Below the pieces are notes generated by a model, which searched no databases, was not told the origin of the DNA, and saw only the letters and a program-made list of their open reading frames with translations. From a virus, in the IMG/VR virus record IMGVR_UViG_3300045988_169015, positions 1-64,000 of that record: a stretch of 64,000 bases of DNA, one strand, 5' to 3'. Positions 35,562 to 43,800 of this stretch are shown here, one piece after another. The stretch's first letter is position 1. Every line of letters begins with the position of its first letter. The translations under genes were made by a program, and so were the position numbers.

Positions 35562-35774
35562 TCACCTCTTATACCTGATTATCTTACCATTTTCCATGGC
35601 TACATCTATATACTGAGGGTATTCGCCATCGTTCTTATATGAATTGAACTTATACGCCTTTATCGTAACAGGAAGATAATGACTGTCTTCGCAAACTTTA
35701 CACTCAGTTTCTGACTTATAAACTGTATTACAGATTTCGCACTGGAACTGGCTTAATATTTTCATTTTTATCAC
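35562..35774 (-). CDS. small zinc-ribbon protein
   Basis: 70 aa with CEIC..CKVC. Confidence 0.45.
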   Translation of the reverse strand: MIKMKILSQFQCEICNTVYKSETECKVCEDSHYLPVTIKAYKFNSYKNDGEYPQYIDVAMENGKIIRYKR

Positions 35775-35798
35775 CTTTCATTAAATACTGTATTTATG

Positions 35799-36146
35799 TT
35801 ATTTAATTTCTGCTTTTACATTTAAAAGTACACCCATACAGTCATCACCAAAATACTGTTTAATAAAGCTTTTATCAATAGGTGTAGTTGCTTCTACAGA
35901 AAAATTATGATTGTTTTCTGCTATACAAACTTTGTCATTATCGTTGAATTTTTTTAAAATTGCTTTAAGTTCGCCAACCGTTAAAGTTGTAAGATAACGC
36001 ATATATGAATTACAAGAAGGGCATATATCTTTAGTGGAGTATTGTTCTATATGTCCACAGTTGCTACATTCATACCAAGAACGGTTTGTATGTCCTCCAT
36101 CCCAATCACGTTCGCTTTCCCATCGATATTTCCAATATGGTTTCAT
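35799..36146 (-). CDS. hypothetical protein with zinc ribbon
   Basis: 115 aa with CSNCG..CPSC. GGAGGG RBS. Confidence 0.5.
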   Translation of the reverse strand: MKPYWKYRWESERDWDGGHTNRSWYECSNCGHIEQYSTKDICPSCNSYMRYLTTLTVGELKAILKKFNDNDKVCIAENNHNFSVEATTPIDKSFIKQYFGDDCMGVLLNVKAEIK

Positions 36147-36189
36147 ATTAACATACCCTCCTTTTATTAAATTTTTTTGTTTTATTCCT

Positions 36190-36633
36190 TTACTTCACGC
36201 AGACCAATATTTCTACATCAGTATCGACAAAAACTTCTGCAATGATTGCTTTTACTTTAGACCACTCAAGTTTATCTAATCCGCAACCGATTCTTGGCAT
36301 TGCGAGTTTTACATTCTCATCATTCATTGTTCCCTCACAACACAAAAATTCAGCATCTTCAAGAGCCATTCTCATTGTTTCGTAAGTGGGCTTTTGCCAA
36401 TACTTTTCCTTAGTAACAAGATTAAGTTCTGCTCTCCAACCTGTTGTATTAGATACTAAGCAGTCCCCTACTTCTATATTTTGATAATTTCTTTGAAGTT
36501 GTGCTTTTACTCCTCGCTTTGCAAACTCCTTAGCTATTCCTGCACCCATTGCAAGGTCTGTGCTAATACAGTGAACAAGAATATGACCCGTTGGAACTGT
36601 AAATAAGTCTCGCTGTTCTTCTCTGAAAGTCAT
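36190..36633 (-). CDS. macrodomain protein, TARG1/OARD1-like
   Basis: DLF..LVHCISTDLAMGAGIAKEF, QKPTYE and LAMPRIGCGLDKLEWSKVKAIIAEVF..TDVEI closely follow the TARG1/OARD1 pattern, including the Lys and GCGLD Asp positions. Confidence 0.8.
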   Translation of the reverse strand: MTFREEQRDLFTVPTGHILVHCISTDLAMGAGIAKEFAKRGVKAQLQRNYQNIEVGDCLVSNTTGWRAELNLVTKEKYWQKPTYETMRMALEDAEFLCCEGTMNDENVKLAMPRIGCGLDKLEWSKVKAIIAEVFVDTDVEILVCVK

Positions 36634-36816
36634 TTATGTATTACACTCCTTTTCGAGCCACTCTTTGAAGCAAATGGCACAATTATTATTGACATTAGGA
36701 TATTTGCATTCAGATCTTAATATCATACATTCTTCTGAATACGCACTATTTACTTTCATAAGAAATATTGCAAGCTCATCAGAAGTCATATTCTTTATAT
36801 GTTCAAGGTTTGTCAT
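36634..36816 (-). CDS. hypothetical protein
   Basis: ATG 36816 with GAGGTG RBS. 60 aa. Confidence 0.4.
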   Translation of the reverse strand: MTNLEHIKNMTSDELAIFLMKVNSAYSEECMILRSECKYPNVNNNCAICFKEWLEKECNT

Positions 36817-36840
36817 TACATCACCTCTCAATAAAAATGT

Positions 36841-37053
36841 TTATTTGCTTGATAGAAATTTTCGATTTGCATCAAAATATCTTGCTCTGAGATGTTCTGT
36901 ATAGCATCTTTGGCAGCCTTCTTCTGATATTGTCTTATCTCCCTTAGTAGTCGTATTGCAATACCACGGACAAGCCGAACCGTAGCAATCACAAAATTCT
37001 GTCTTGGAAATACCGTCAGTAGTTTCCGTTATTGTTCTATATGGACACTTCAT
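36841..37053 (-). CDS. small Cys-rich protein
   Basis: 70 aa with eight Cys. GGGGGG RBS. Confidence 0.45.
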   Translation of the reverse strand: MKCPYRTITETTDGISKTEFCDCYGSACPWYCNTTTKGDKTISEEGCQRCYTEHLRARYFDANRKFLSSK

Positions 37054-37068
37054 AAATTATCCCCCCAT

Positions 37069-37404
37069 TTATATCTTTTCTTTTTCAAGAGCTTTCTCGG
37101 CTTCTTCTCGGGTAAAGAATATAGTTTTACCAATGTCATCATCGACGAAACCGGAAGACACAGGGAACTCATCGAAGCTGCAATAATAAGCATTATAGCC
37201 ATTAGTGATTTTTATAGATGTGACATGTCCCTCATGAGGAATTCCGTCAACGAATTGATCATCTGTCCAAATGGACTGATTTACTTTAGCACGAGGGAAA
37301 ATAACGCCGTTTTCAAGCAGAAAATCTGCTAATCTCTCAGAAAACTGTTCGTCTATATATCCACAGCTCTTAAGTAACTCATTTAATCTTTCACGTTCTG
37401 TCAT
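37069..37404 (-). CDS. hypothetical protein
   Basis: ATG 37404 is preceded by AAGGAG. 111 aa. Confidence 0.45.
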   Translation of the reverse strand: MTERERLNELLKSCGYIDEQFSERLADFLLENGVIFPRAKVNQSIWTDDQFVDGIPHEGHVTSIKITNGYNAYYCSFDEFPVSSGFVDDDIGKTIFFTREEAEKALEKEKI

Positions 37405-37451
37405 CTTTATGCACTCCTTTAATTTCATAATAAAAGCAATTTTTCATCATA

Positions 37452-37817
37452 TTACTCAATTCCATATTCTTTGAAAAACTCTGGTATATCCAACCATTCA
37501 TCTTTCATAAGATTGCCTATCTTTGTAATAGACCCGCCTAAACCATTCGAAACTACTCTTATGTACTTGTTTTTGCAATCTTCCCACTTACTTACACCAA
37601 CTACTTTCATAATTCGAGTAAGTAAATCCATACTATAAGCACAACACTGACGTTTCTTTGTGTTCTTATTATATTCATCTAAAGCGTATCCACCTATGAC
37701 ACAAGTTGTTCCATCGGAAATGTCAACTGAGATACCAAACGTAAGAATGCCGTGGTCTTCGTAATAGATTGATACATTTTTAATTTGTGCATTAAGAATT
37801 TCTGGTATGTTATTCAT
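37452..37817 (-). CDS. hypothetical protein
   Basis: 121 aa with AAGGAG RBS. Confidence 0.5.
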   Translation of the reverse strand: MNNIPEILNAQIKNVSIYYEDHGILTFGISVDISDGTTCVIGGYALDEYNKNTKKRQCCAYSMDLLTRIMKVVGVSKWEDCKNKYIRVVSNGLGGSITKIGNLMKDEWLDIPEFFKEYGIE

Positions 37818-37819
37818 TT

Positions 37820-38020
37820 TTATTCTCCTTGTCTGTTACTCGACGAATTTTCATCGTATTCATAATAGTTGCATTCCAACACCTCATTGGCGGTATAAAA
37901 GTTCTTCATGACCTCAACGCCCTCAATCGAGGCTTTATGCTGGCATATGAGACCGAAAGTATTATCGTACTCACGATTTATGCAGTTATAACAACCTTGT
38001 TTGCCTTTGTTAACGATCAT
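37820..38020 (-). CDS. hypothetical small protein
   Basis: 66 aa with AAGGAGGAG RBS. Confidence 0.45.
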   Translation of the reverse strand: MIVNKGKQGCYNCINREYDNTFGLICQHKASIEGVEVMKNFYTANEVLECNYYEYDENSSSNRQGE

Positions 38021-38081
38021 TGTGCTCCTCCTTATTGGTCATATGTGTTGCTCCTTAATTTATCTTTGAAGCGGTTGCTCT

Positions 38082-38627
38082 TTAATTATTTCTCAAATAT
38101 TCCAATACTTCATTTACGATATCATCATAATCTTTGATATCGCCACTGCGAACAGTGTATGGGATATTCCAAGAATTCAATTTTTCCATCAATGGAGCTA
38201 CAAGAGCGTCGCTTTCTTCCTCGGTCTGAAGCCTGCCTTTAGGATTATAGGGCTTTACTCTCTTTAACAGATATGTTTTGTTATTAAATGAAGAGAAGCA
38301 ATTATATACGGTTTTGTCAAACTCTTTACCAAGAATTTTGCTTGAATTGTAAAATGAAGACAATAGCAAAGGAGAGTCAGTTACAATTACATCGACCTTA
38401 TCTTTACAGCGGTTCATTTTATAAAATTGTTTGCCGAATATATAAATCTGATTATCGGGTTGAAATATGGTTGGGTTTTCTTCCCACACCTTGTCTTTGG
38501 CAAATTCTGTAATCAGTTCAGCGTTTATGCCAGCCATCTTGAGTTGACTGAAAATATAAGCTGCTCCAGTGCTTTTGCCTGCGCCGGGAACGCCGAATAG
38601 ATTAACTACTAAGCAATTCGTATCCAT
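38082..38627 (-). CDS. P-loop NTPase/kinase-like protein
   Basis: Walker A GVPGAGKST at the N-terminus and Walker B-like VIVTDSP. AAAGGAGG RBS. Confidence 0.55.
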   Translation of the reverse strand: MDTNCLVVNLFGVPGAGKSTGAAYIFSQLKMAGINAELITEFAKDKVWEENPTIFQPDNQIYIFGKQFYKMNRCKDKVDVIVTDSPLLLSSFYNSSKILGKEFDKTVYNCFSSFNNKTYLLKRVKPYNPKGRLQTEEESDALVAPLMEKLNSWNIPYTVRSGDIKDYDDIVNEVLEYLRNN

Positions 38628-38698
38628 ATATGTCCTCCTTTGTAATGCGAGATTTACTTCTCATATACTTCACCATGAGTGACTTCAGTTTATTAAAT

Positions 38699-39007
38699 TT
38701 ACTGACCGCATATTTCTTTGGTCAACTTGTAGTAAAAGCCGCAGTTATTGCGTACTGCTTTTGCAAGCTCATATTCAAATGCCTTAGAATCCTCGATTCG
38801 GCAACTTATCATTTCCTGCAGAACGCTATGCCCTGTTATTTCTTTATGGTATCCGTCGTAATTGTCAGTGCCTATGTACTCTTTGAAATGACCGTATGGT
38901 GAATGACGCTTCAATGATGGAGCCGCAAGTTGATAATACCTATGGCGCATTTGATATGCGAGAGGGTCTGTGTAAACGAGGTAATAATTACGCTTTCGCC
39001 AGTCCAT
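38699..39007 (-). CDS. hypothetical protein
   Basis: 102 aa with AAAGGAG RBS. Confidence 0.5.
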   Translation of the reverse strand: MDWRKRNYYLVYTDPLAYQMRHRYYQLAAPSLKRHSPYGHFKEYIGTDNYDGYHKEITGHSVLQEMISCRIEDSKAFEYELAKAVRNNCGFYYKLTKEICGQ

Positions 39008-39026
39008 TTTTAATCATCTCCTTTAC

Positions 39027-39725
39027 TCAGTTCTTATTCTCCCCTGATATTATCTTTACTTTATAACCCAGCTTTTCTTCAACTTCAGCCAATGTCATTT
39101 CCTTGATAGGTTCCTTGATGACCTTGACCACTATAGCCCCCTGTTGATTTTTATTGGTAAGCTTTATATATTTTGGCGTGCCAAGATGTAAGAAGGTTGT
39201 TCCGACAGTATCCATACTGGTTTTGGGCTCTGGAATACTGGTAGACCATTCGGGGTAAGTATCAAAATTAGGAAGCTCGTTCGTTTTTACGGGGCATGAG
39301 GTCTTTGGAATTTCAACCAGCCATTCCTGCCCGTTCTCAGCTTTACATCTATATAGATATCGAGTAAATTTACCTCCAAGATCCTCATAGAGTTCCATAG
39401 CCTCAAGATCAACTTTACTAAGCTTCAAGCTTTCCAGATTGCGAGGATTAAGAAGCTTTTTAATCACTTCGGGTTCAAACATTATGTTTTCTCCTTTCAA
39501 TTTATAATAAATTGTACAAGATGATATGTCAAATCCACGTACAGGACAATCCGTACAATATTCCTTCATTGCTACATTATAGTCGTAAGAGCTGTGTGGG
39601 ATAAAGCCGCTACATTTACCAGTAATAGGGTTAATGCCCGGATCATAATCACCATAAAAGGGACAGGCATGTGGATCATGGATAAAAGATCTTGTTTCCC
39701 ACATTTGTTGCTCAGACTCGTGCAT
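39027..39725 (-). CDS. hypothetical protein
   Basis: The third ATG (39725) has the best spacing from GAGGAG. About 232 aa, with a Cys/His-rich N-terminus. Confidence 0.5.
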   Translation of the reverse strand: MHESEQQMWETRSFIHDPHACPFYGDYDPGINPITGKCSGFIPHSSYDYNVAMKEYCTDCPVRGFDISSCTIYYKLKGENIMFEPEVIKKLLNPRNLESLKLSKVDLEAMELYEDLGGKFTRYLYRCKAENGQEWLVEIPKTSCPVKTNELPNFDTYPEWSTSIPEPKTSMDTVGTTFLHLGTPKYIKLTNKNQQGAIVVKVIKEPIKEMTLAEVEEKLGYKVKIISGENKN

Positions 39726-39951
39726 TTTCATCATACTCCTCTATCAGCTCAAAACGGTATTTCTGCTTTGCATCAGGGTATTTCTCACGGTCTACCTCTG
39801 ACAAAAACATTTCATGCGGTCGGGCATATATGCCGTCTTTGTGGTTTCCGCTGTTTTCTGTGCCTTTGCACTCATAAACCACAAGCTGTTCGCCTGTTTC
39901 GGTATGTGTAGCAAGAGTGATTATCCTTGCTGTAAAGCCTTTCCTTCGAGA
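39712..39951 (-). other. start-less DUF1653-like reading frame in the -1 frame of the kinase-phosphatase 3' end
   Basis: An 80-codon open frame (SRRKGFTARIITLATHTETGEQLVVYE...IYARPHEMF...YRFELI) with no ATG/GTG/TTG before codon 48. It resembles the DUF1653 pattern (KG.Y.v...A.HtET.E.lVVY....RP..mF...RF). Confidence 0.4.
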
Positions 39952-41042
39952 TTAAATACTCTGTCATTGACCTGCACAGGAATCGACTTCGTGTTCCTAT
40001 GTCCGTGAATCTGATATGTATTTTCGGGTGTAGTTCTTATAAAGGTGTCAGCGATAGTCTCAAAATCATTATACGAACCAACGCCGTGAATCATCTGATC
40101 AGTTGCAACAAATGTGAGATTGTCGGGGATTGTGCTGAGGCCGGCGTGAGTTACAATGAACTGATTACCGTTATATGTATAATAAGCGCACTGACCAAAT
40201 TTGCGGTAAAGCATTCTGAGGTCTTTTTTGCTGATCTTGGCAGCATCAAGCTGAGGGCGGGTAACAAGTTCAAATTCCTTGGATTTGCCACGGACATCAT
40301 TGGCATAAAGCCACAGCCATCTCTCATGATTTCCCTCAAGCATAAAGACGTTCTTTTTATCTTTGATAGAGATAAGGAAGTTAAGCACCTCGGCGTTCTC
40401 AATTCCCCTATCGATATAATCACCGAGGAATATGTAGAACTCGTCGTCTTTAAGTCCGCCGTTGAAGTCAAAATAATACTGAAGTGCAGAATAGCAACCG
40501 TGAATGTCTCCAATATGGTGGATTTTCTTATATTCAGACAAATCAATGCTCTTGAACCAGATCTTATCCAGTTCGTCAGGCTTTATTACTTTAATACCTG
40601 CAGGAATCTTTTGTGTAGCAAACCTTGAGTACATTTTATCAATGACCTCATCGGGGACTCTTTTGACCCCGGGTCTGCCCGCATTTCTTCTTTTGACCTC
40701 TTCAATAGGAATATCAGTGAAATCAACACAGTAAATCCTATAACGATATGTTTCACACATATCCTTGTATCTGTTCATTTCTGCTGTCTTGGAATTGGTG
40801 GCGTCAATAACGGTAAATTCACCCTTCTGCATACGATATCCAAGCAAATTAAACAAAGTATTCCATACAGCTTTATCGTTGCTCTGGCTAATACCGTAAG
40901 AACCATCGGGCTGCATTATTGGGCTCTGGTGCATAAGTCTGATATCATCAGGCGAAAGCGCATACGGCTTCAATCCGTTCTGCTCGATCCATGTTGATTT
41001 CCCGCAGCCTGCGGAACCCCTTAAAAGCAATAATACTCTCAT
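39921..41042 (-). CDS. polynucleotide kinase + calcineurin-like metallophosphatase (Pnkp-like, no ligase domain)
   Basis: N-terminal P-loop GSAGCGKST. C-terminal GDIHGC, GDYIDRG, GNHE and a later GH motif (VTHAG). Confidence 0.7.
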   Translation of the reverse strand: MRVLLLLRGSAGCGKSTWIEQNGLKPYALSPDDIRLMHQSPIMQPDGSYGISQSNDKAVWNTLFNLLGYRMQKGEFTVIDATNSKTAEMNRYKDMCETYRYRIYCVDFTDIPIEEVKRRNAGRPGVKRVPDEVIDKMYSRFATQKIPAGIKVIKPDELDKIWFKSIDLSEYKKIHHIGDIHGCYSALQYYFDFNGGLKDDEFYIFLGDYIDRGIENAEVLNFLISIKDKKNVFMLEGNHERWLWLYANDVRGKSKEFELVTRPQLDAAKISKKDLRMLYRKFGQCAYYTYNGNQFIVTHAGLSTIPDNLTFVATDQMIHGVGSYNDFETIADTFIRTTPENTYQIHGHRNTKSIPVQVNDRVFNLEGKALQQG

Positions 41043-41054
41043 TATAGTTCTCCT

Positions 41055-41429
41055 TTAATCATTTGTAATTTCGTCGTATTTTCCTTCTATTATGTCGTTC
41101 ATTATTTCTGTAAGCTGCCTGAACTCCTTAGCTCCGCCTACACACGCCCCTGAACATAACTTAAGCTCATATGACCACATGTTTTTTTCTGCAAGTCTAA
41201 TCGGAAATCCCTCATAAATGACAGTACCTATTCTATAAATCTCACCGGTCGCCTCATTTATGGCATTGTCGGTGAGTATACGTAAATATTCTGAATTATA
41301 ATATCTTTTATTGGGAACGTCTTTTAGGGAGTAATAGACCTGAGTAAATTTATTTACAAGAAAAATTACTCCCGTATGAATACGATAGACATCCTGATAT
41401 ACACTTGAATAGATTTTATCAGCAGTCAT
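41055..41429 (-). CDS. hypothetical protein
   Basis: 124-aa ORF that overlaps the upstream stop. Confidence 0.45.
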   Translation of the reverse strand: MTADKIYSSVYQDVYRIHTGVIFLVNKFTQVYYSLKDVPNKRYYNSEYLRILTDNAINEATGEIYRIGTVIYEGFPIRLAEKNMWSYELKLCSGACVGGAKEFRQLTEIMNDIIEGKYDEITND

Positions 41430-41955
41430 CGGGCACTTCGAAAAATTTGCTATAGATTATATCGGCTGCTCTTTCCGGACCATATTCTTCATTGTTGACT
41501 ATCAGATCAGCATGAACATTCTTAAACGCCAGAAGATCGTTTTTGATACGTTCAAAAGCATCGTCAAAGCTATCACCTCTGCTCTGCATGCGCTCTAAAC
41601 AAATATTGGCATTGACTTTTAAATAAACAGTTTTAACGCTCTTATCACCTTTATATATATTATCCAATATTGCTAAACCAGCAGGATCAATTACATATGT
41701 ATCACATTTATCAACCTGTTGCTTTGTTGCACAATAACGATAGCCGTTATAATTTGTGAAAGCTACCATATCTTCGAGCTTAATGGTATCAAATTCTTCA
41801 TTCGAGACAAAGATATGATTAACTTCTTCCAGATTTCTTCTTGGTCTGGTCGTATATGAACGGATAGGCTTTAAGCCATATTTTTCGTTAAGGATCTGTT
41901 CTACAGTTGTCTTGCCTGAACCGGATGGGCCGAGAATACAAACTATATTATTCAT
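41419..41955 (-). CDS. guanylate kinase-like nucleoside monophosphate kinase
   Basis: GPSGSGKTT and SYTTRPRR..E..HIFVSNEEF motifs. Confidence 0.7.
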   Translation of the reverse strand: MNNIVCILGPSGSGKTTVEQILNEKYGLKPIRSYTTRPRRNLEEVNHIFVSNEEFDTIKLEDMVAFTNYNGYRYCATKQQVDKCDTYVIDPAGLAILDNIYKGDKSVKTVYLKVNANICLERMQSRGDSFDDAFERIKNDLLAFKNVHADLIVNNEEYGPERAADIIYSKFFEVPDDC

Positions 41956-42628
41956 GTTTTACCTCCAAGTCGTCAAAGAGTACAGGAATTTTTTCTTTAA
42001 ACATTTCCAGCATTGGAATTATAATCTGGAGCATCTCAGGATGTGGCTGACCTGTTGTGCCGATCGCACGCAGCTTAAAAAAGTGACGCCATTCACGAAC
42101 ATTCATCGTTACCACAATCTGGGTAGCTATAGAGTTATTTAAAACATCACGAGCCTGCTGAGCCGTCCAGCCATGTGCGATTAAAGAAAGATAAATCTCT
42201 TCGCACTGGTGACAGCTATTCAGCCACATCATTTCTTCGTCTGAAATATCCTTACACTTTTTCCAGCCAAAACTTCCCCAATCGCCAAGAACATTTTCGC
42301 TGACCCATTCGGGACGAATAAAGGTTAACTGATTTCCAAACTTGTCCTTGGAATAATTGCAGTAGCGAGTAGATGACTGAGAAAAAGAAGCTATTCTGTG
42401 GCGGACTATCTCGTGGGTAACTCCCCTATTGGTTTCAATGACAACAGAAATATTAGCGTGCTCCAGTGGGCTCTCATGTCCTATCTTTATTTTATTAGTG
42501 ATAAATGAGTTTCTATTGCCTTTGGGCTCGGACTGGTAACAAATGCGATATGCTTTTTCGATAGTATCAAGCATCTGTTCTGCATTTGGTTCGTAAACGA
42601 AGTTAAAACTGGGGTTAATTATTCGCAT
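41948..42628 (-). CDS. thyX: flavin-dependent thymidylate synthase
   Basis: ThyX signature RHRIASFSQSSTRY. Confidence 0.85.
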   Translation of the reverse strand: MRIINPSFNFVYEPNAEQMLDTIEKAYRICYQSEPKGNRNSFITNKIKIGHESPLEHANISVVIETNRGVTHEIVRHRIASFSQSSTRYCNYSKDKFGNQLTFIRPEWVSENVLGDWGSFGWKKCKDISDEEMMWLNSCHQCEEIYLSLIAHGWTAQQARDVLNNSIATQIVVTMNVREWRHFFKLRAIGTTGQPHPEMLQIIIPMLEMFKEKIPVLFDDLEVKHE

Positions 42629-42873
42629 ATTTCGTCCCTCACGATCCAGTTATTAAAATCTTTAATATATGTATCAACGTCATCTGACTTAATTTCCACG
42701 GCGATGGGCTCGCTAAGATTAAGAGAATAAAGGCCCATGATGGACTTGGCATCTACTATAAAATTGCCATGAGCAGCTGTTATTTCTGTTCCGAGAGGTA
42801 AGCTGCTTGCTGCTGCAGAAAAATCTATAACATCTCTGGGAGTTGTTAATTTAACTCGAAAATTTTCAATCAT
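42619..42873 (-). CDS. HPr-fold protein lacking His15 (Crh-like)
   Basis: FRVKL..., then VDAKSIMGLYSLNL..IAVEI aligns with HPr (VNLKSIMGVMSLG). The Ser46 context is kept, and the His15 region is TPRDVI. Confidence 0.55.
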   Translation of the reverse strand: MIENFRVKLTTPRDVIDFSAAASSLPLGTEITAAHGNFIVDAKSIMGLYSLNLSEPIAVEIKSDDVDTYIKDFNNWIVRDEICE

Positions 42874-42874
42874 A

Positions 42875-43066
42875 TTATGATTCTCCTTTCTGATATGTTA
42901 ATCCGCCTGAATATTTAGGCGAATTGTGTTGCGCTAAAATCTCTTCATAAAATTTCAGTTCTTCCGGAGTGGGTTTGCGGATCACTGTTTTTGCCCTTCG
43001 GTTAATTTCTTCATATCTTTTAACCATACGTTCAACTTCATCTGTATATTTTTCTTTGCTTGTCAT
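42875..43066 (-). CDS. hypothetical protein
   Basis: 63-aa charged ORF. The start overlaps the upstream stop. Confidence 0.4.
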   Translation of the reverse strand: MTSKEKYTDEVERMVKRYEEINRRAKTVIRKPTPEELKFYEEILAQHNSPKYSGGLTYQKGES

Positions 43067-43704
43067 ACTGTTAAACCGTCATAAAGCCTTTCTATTGAAA
43101 TAACATTTCCCTCAAAATCGTTAAGTGTTCCCACTGTTCCACTGCGACGCACATAAGAGGGCATTAAATCTGTATCTACGATAAATTCGATAATATTTGC
43201 ACTGATAAAATTGCCGTCGTTATCATATACCGGAGAATACTGATTGTTCGCATCGGTATGGCGATCGTCTTTAATATCTCCAACGGTGACATCAAATTCC
43301 GACCCACTGTCTAAGATCACATGAAACTGTTCTCCGCAATTTTCTGTATAGTAAGTTCCAAGTGCCACCATGTATGTATCTCCAATACGCCTTAGTCCGT
43401 TTTCATCAGTCCATGCGTGCTGCTGGAGGTCGTACTGAGCGGACGATGTATCGGTTATGGTGCGGTAATCCATATATGTTTTGAAAGAAGTGTCCAAGTC
43501 AAGTTTTTCATCATACGAAACTGTTACCAAGGTGGCTTTTTCTGTAGCGTGAGTTGATGAAAAATCTTCAACGGATATTGTAGGGTTTTGCTTATCATAT
43601 CCAATATGCTTTAATGCACTGTTAAAATAGCATCCTAAACAAGCAGTGCAGCATATATTTGTAGCAATAAGAGCATAAATTGCTCTGATTATGTCTCTGT
43701 TCAA
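43063..43704 (-). CDS. membrane-anchored or secreted protein (hypothetical)
   Basis: TTG start with AAAGGA upstream. Hydrophobic Cys-rich N-terminus (IYALIATNICCTACLGCYF). First gene after the 43772-43800 promoter. Confidence 0.5.
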   Translation of the reverse strand: MNRDIIRAIYALIATNICCTACLGCYFNSALKHIGYDKQNPTISVEDFSSTHATEKATLVTVSYDEKLDLDTSFKTYMDYRTITDTSSAQYDLQQHAWTDENGLRRIGDTYMVALGTYYTENCGEQFHVILDSGSEFDVTVGDIKDDRHTDANNQYSPVYDNDGNFISANIIEFIVDTDLMPSYVRRSGTVGTLNDFEGNVISIERLYDGLTV

Positions 43705-43771
43705 TGTTTTTCATCCTTTCATAGTATTATATCCCCTCTTATCGAGGGGATTTGTTTTTGTTACAGTTACT

Positions 43772-43800
43772 ATTATATATTATTATATCCAATATGTCAA
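43772..43800 (-). promoter_or_regulatory. consensus sigma-A promoter (twin of 32548-32576)
   Basis: Minus strand TTGACA, 17 nt, TATAAT. It is followed in the leader by an 8-bp hairpin ATCCCCTC/GAGGGGAT (43731-43751). Confidence 0.65.

Noticed and set aside
39999-40628. 209-aa plus-strand ORF antisense to the kinase-phosphatase gene. The same applies to 45255-45758 (antisense to the ligase) and to 18149-18808 and 18923-19726 (antisense to the endolysin).
   Set aside because: In each case the opposite strand carries a gene with diagnostic catalytic motifs. These are shadow ORFs.
43731-43759. Hairpin ATCCCCTC/GAGGGGAT followed by a T-run on the plus strand, considered as a plus-strand terminator
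   Set aside because: No plus-strand gene ends nearby. It lies in the leader of the minus-strand transcript from the 43772-43800 promoter, so it is more likely a 5'-UTR structure or an antisense insulator. It is mentioned under the promoter feature and not listed as a separate feature.
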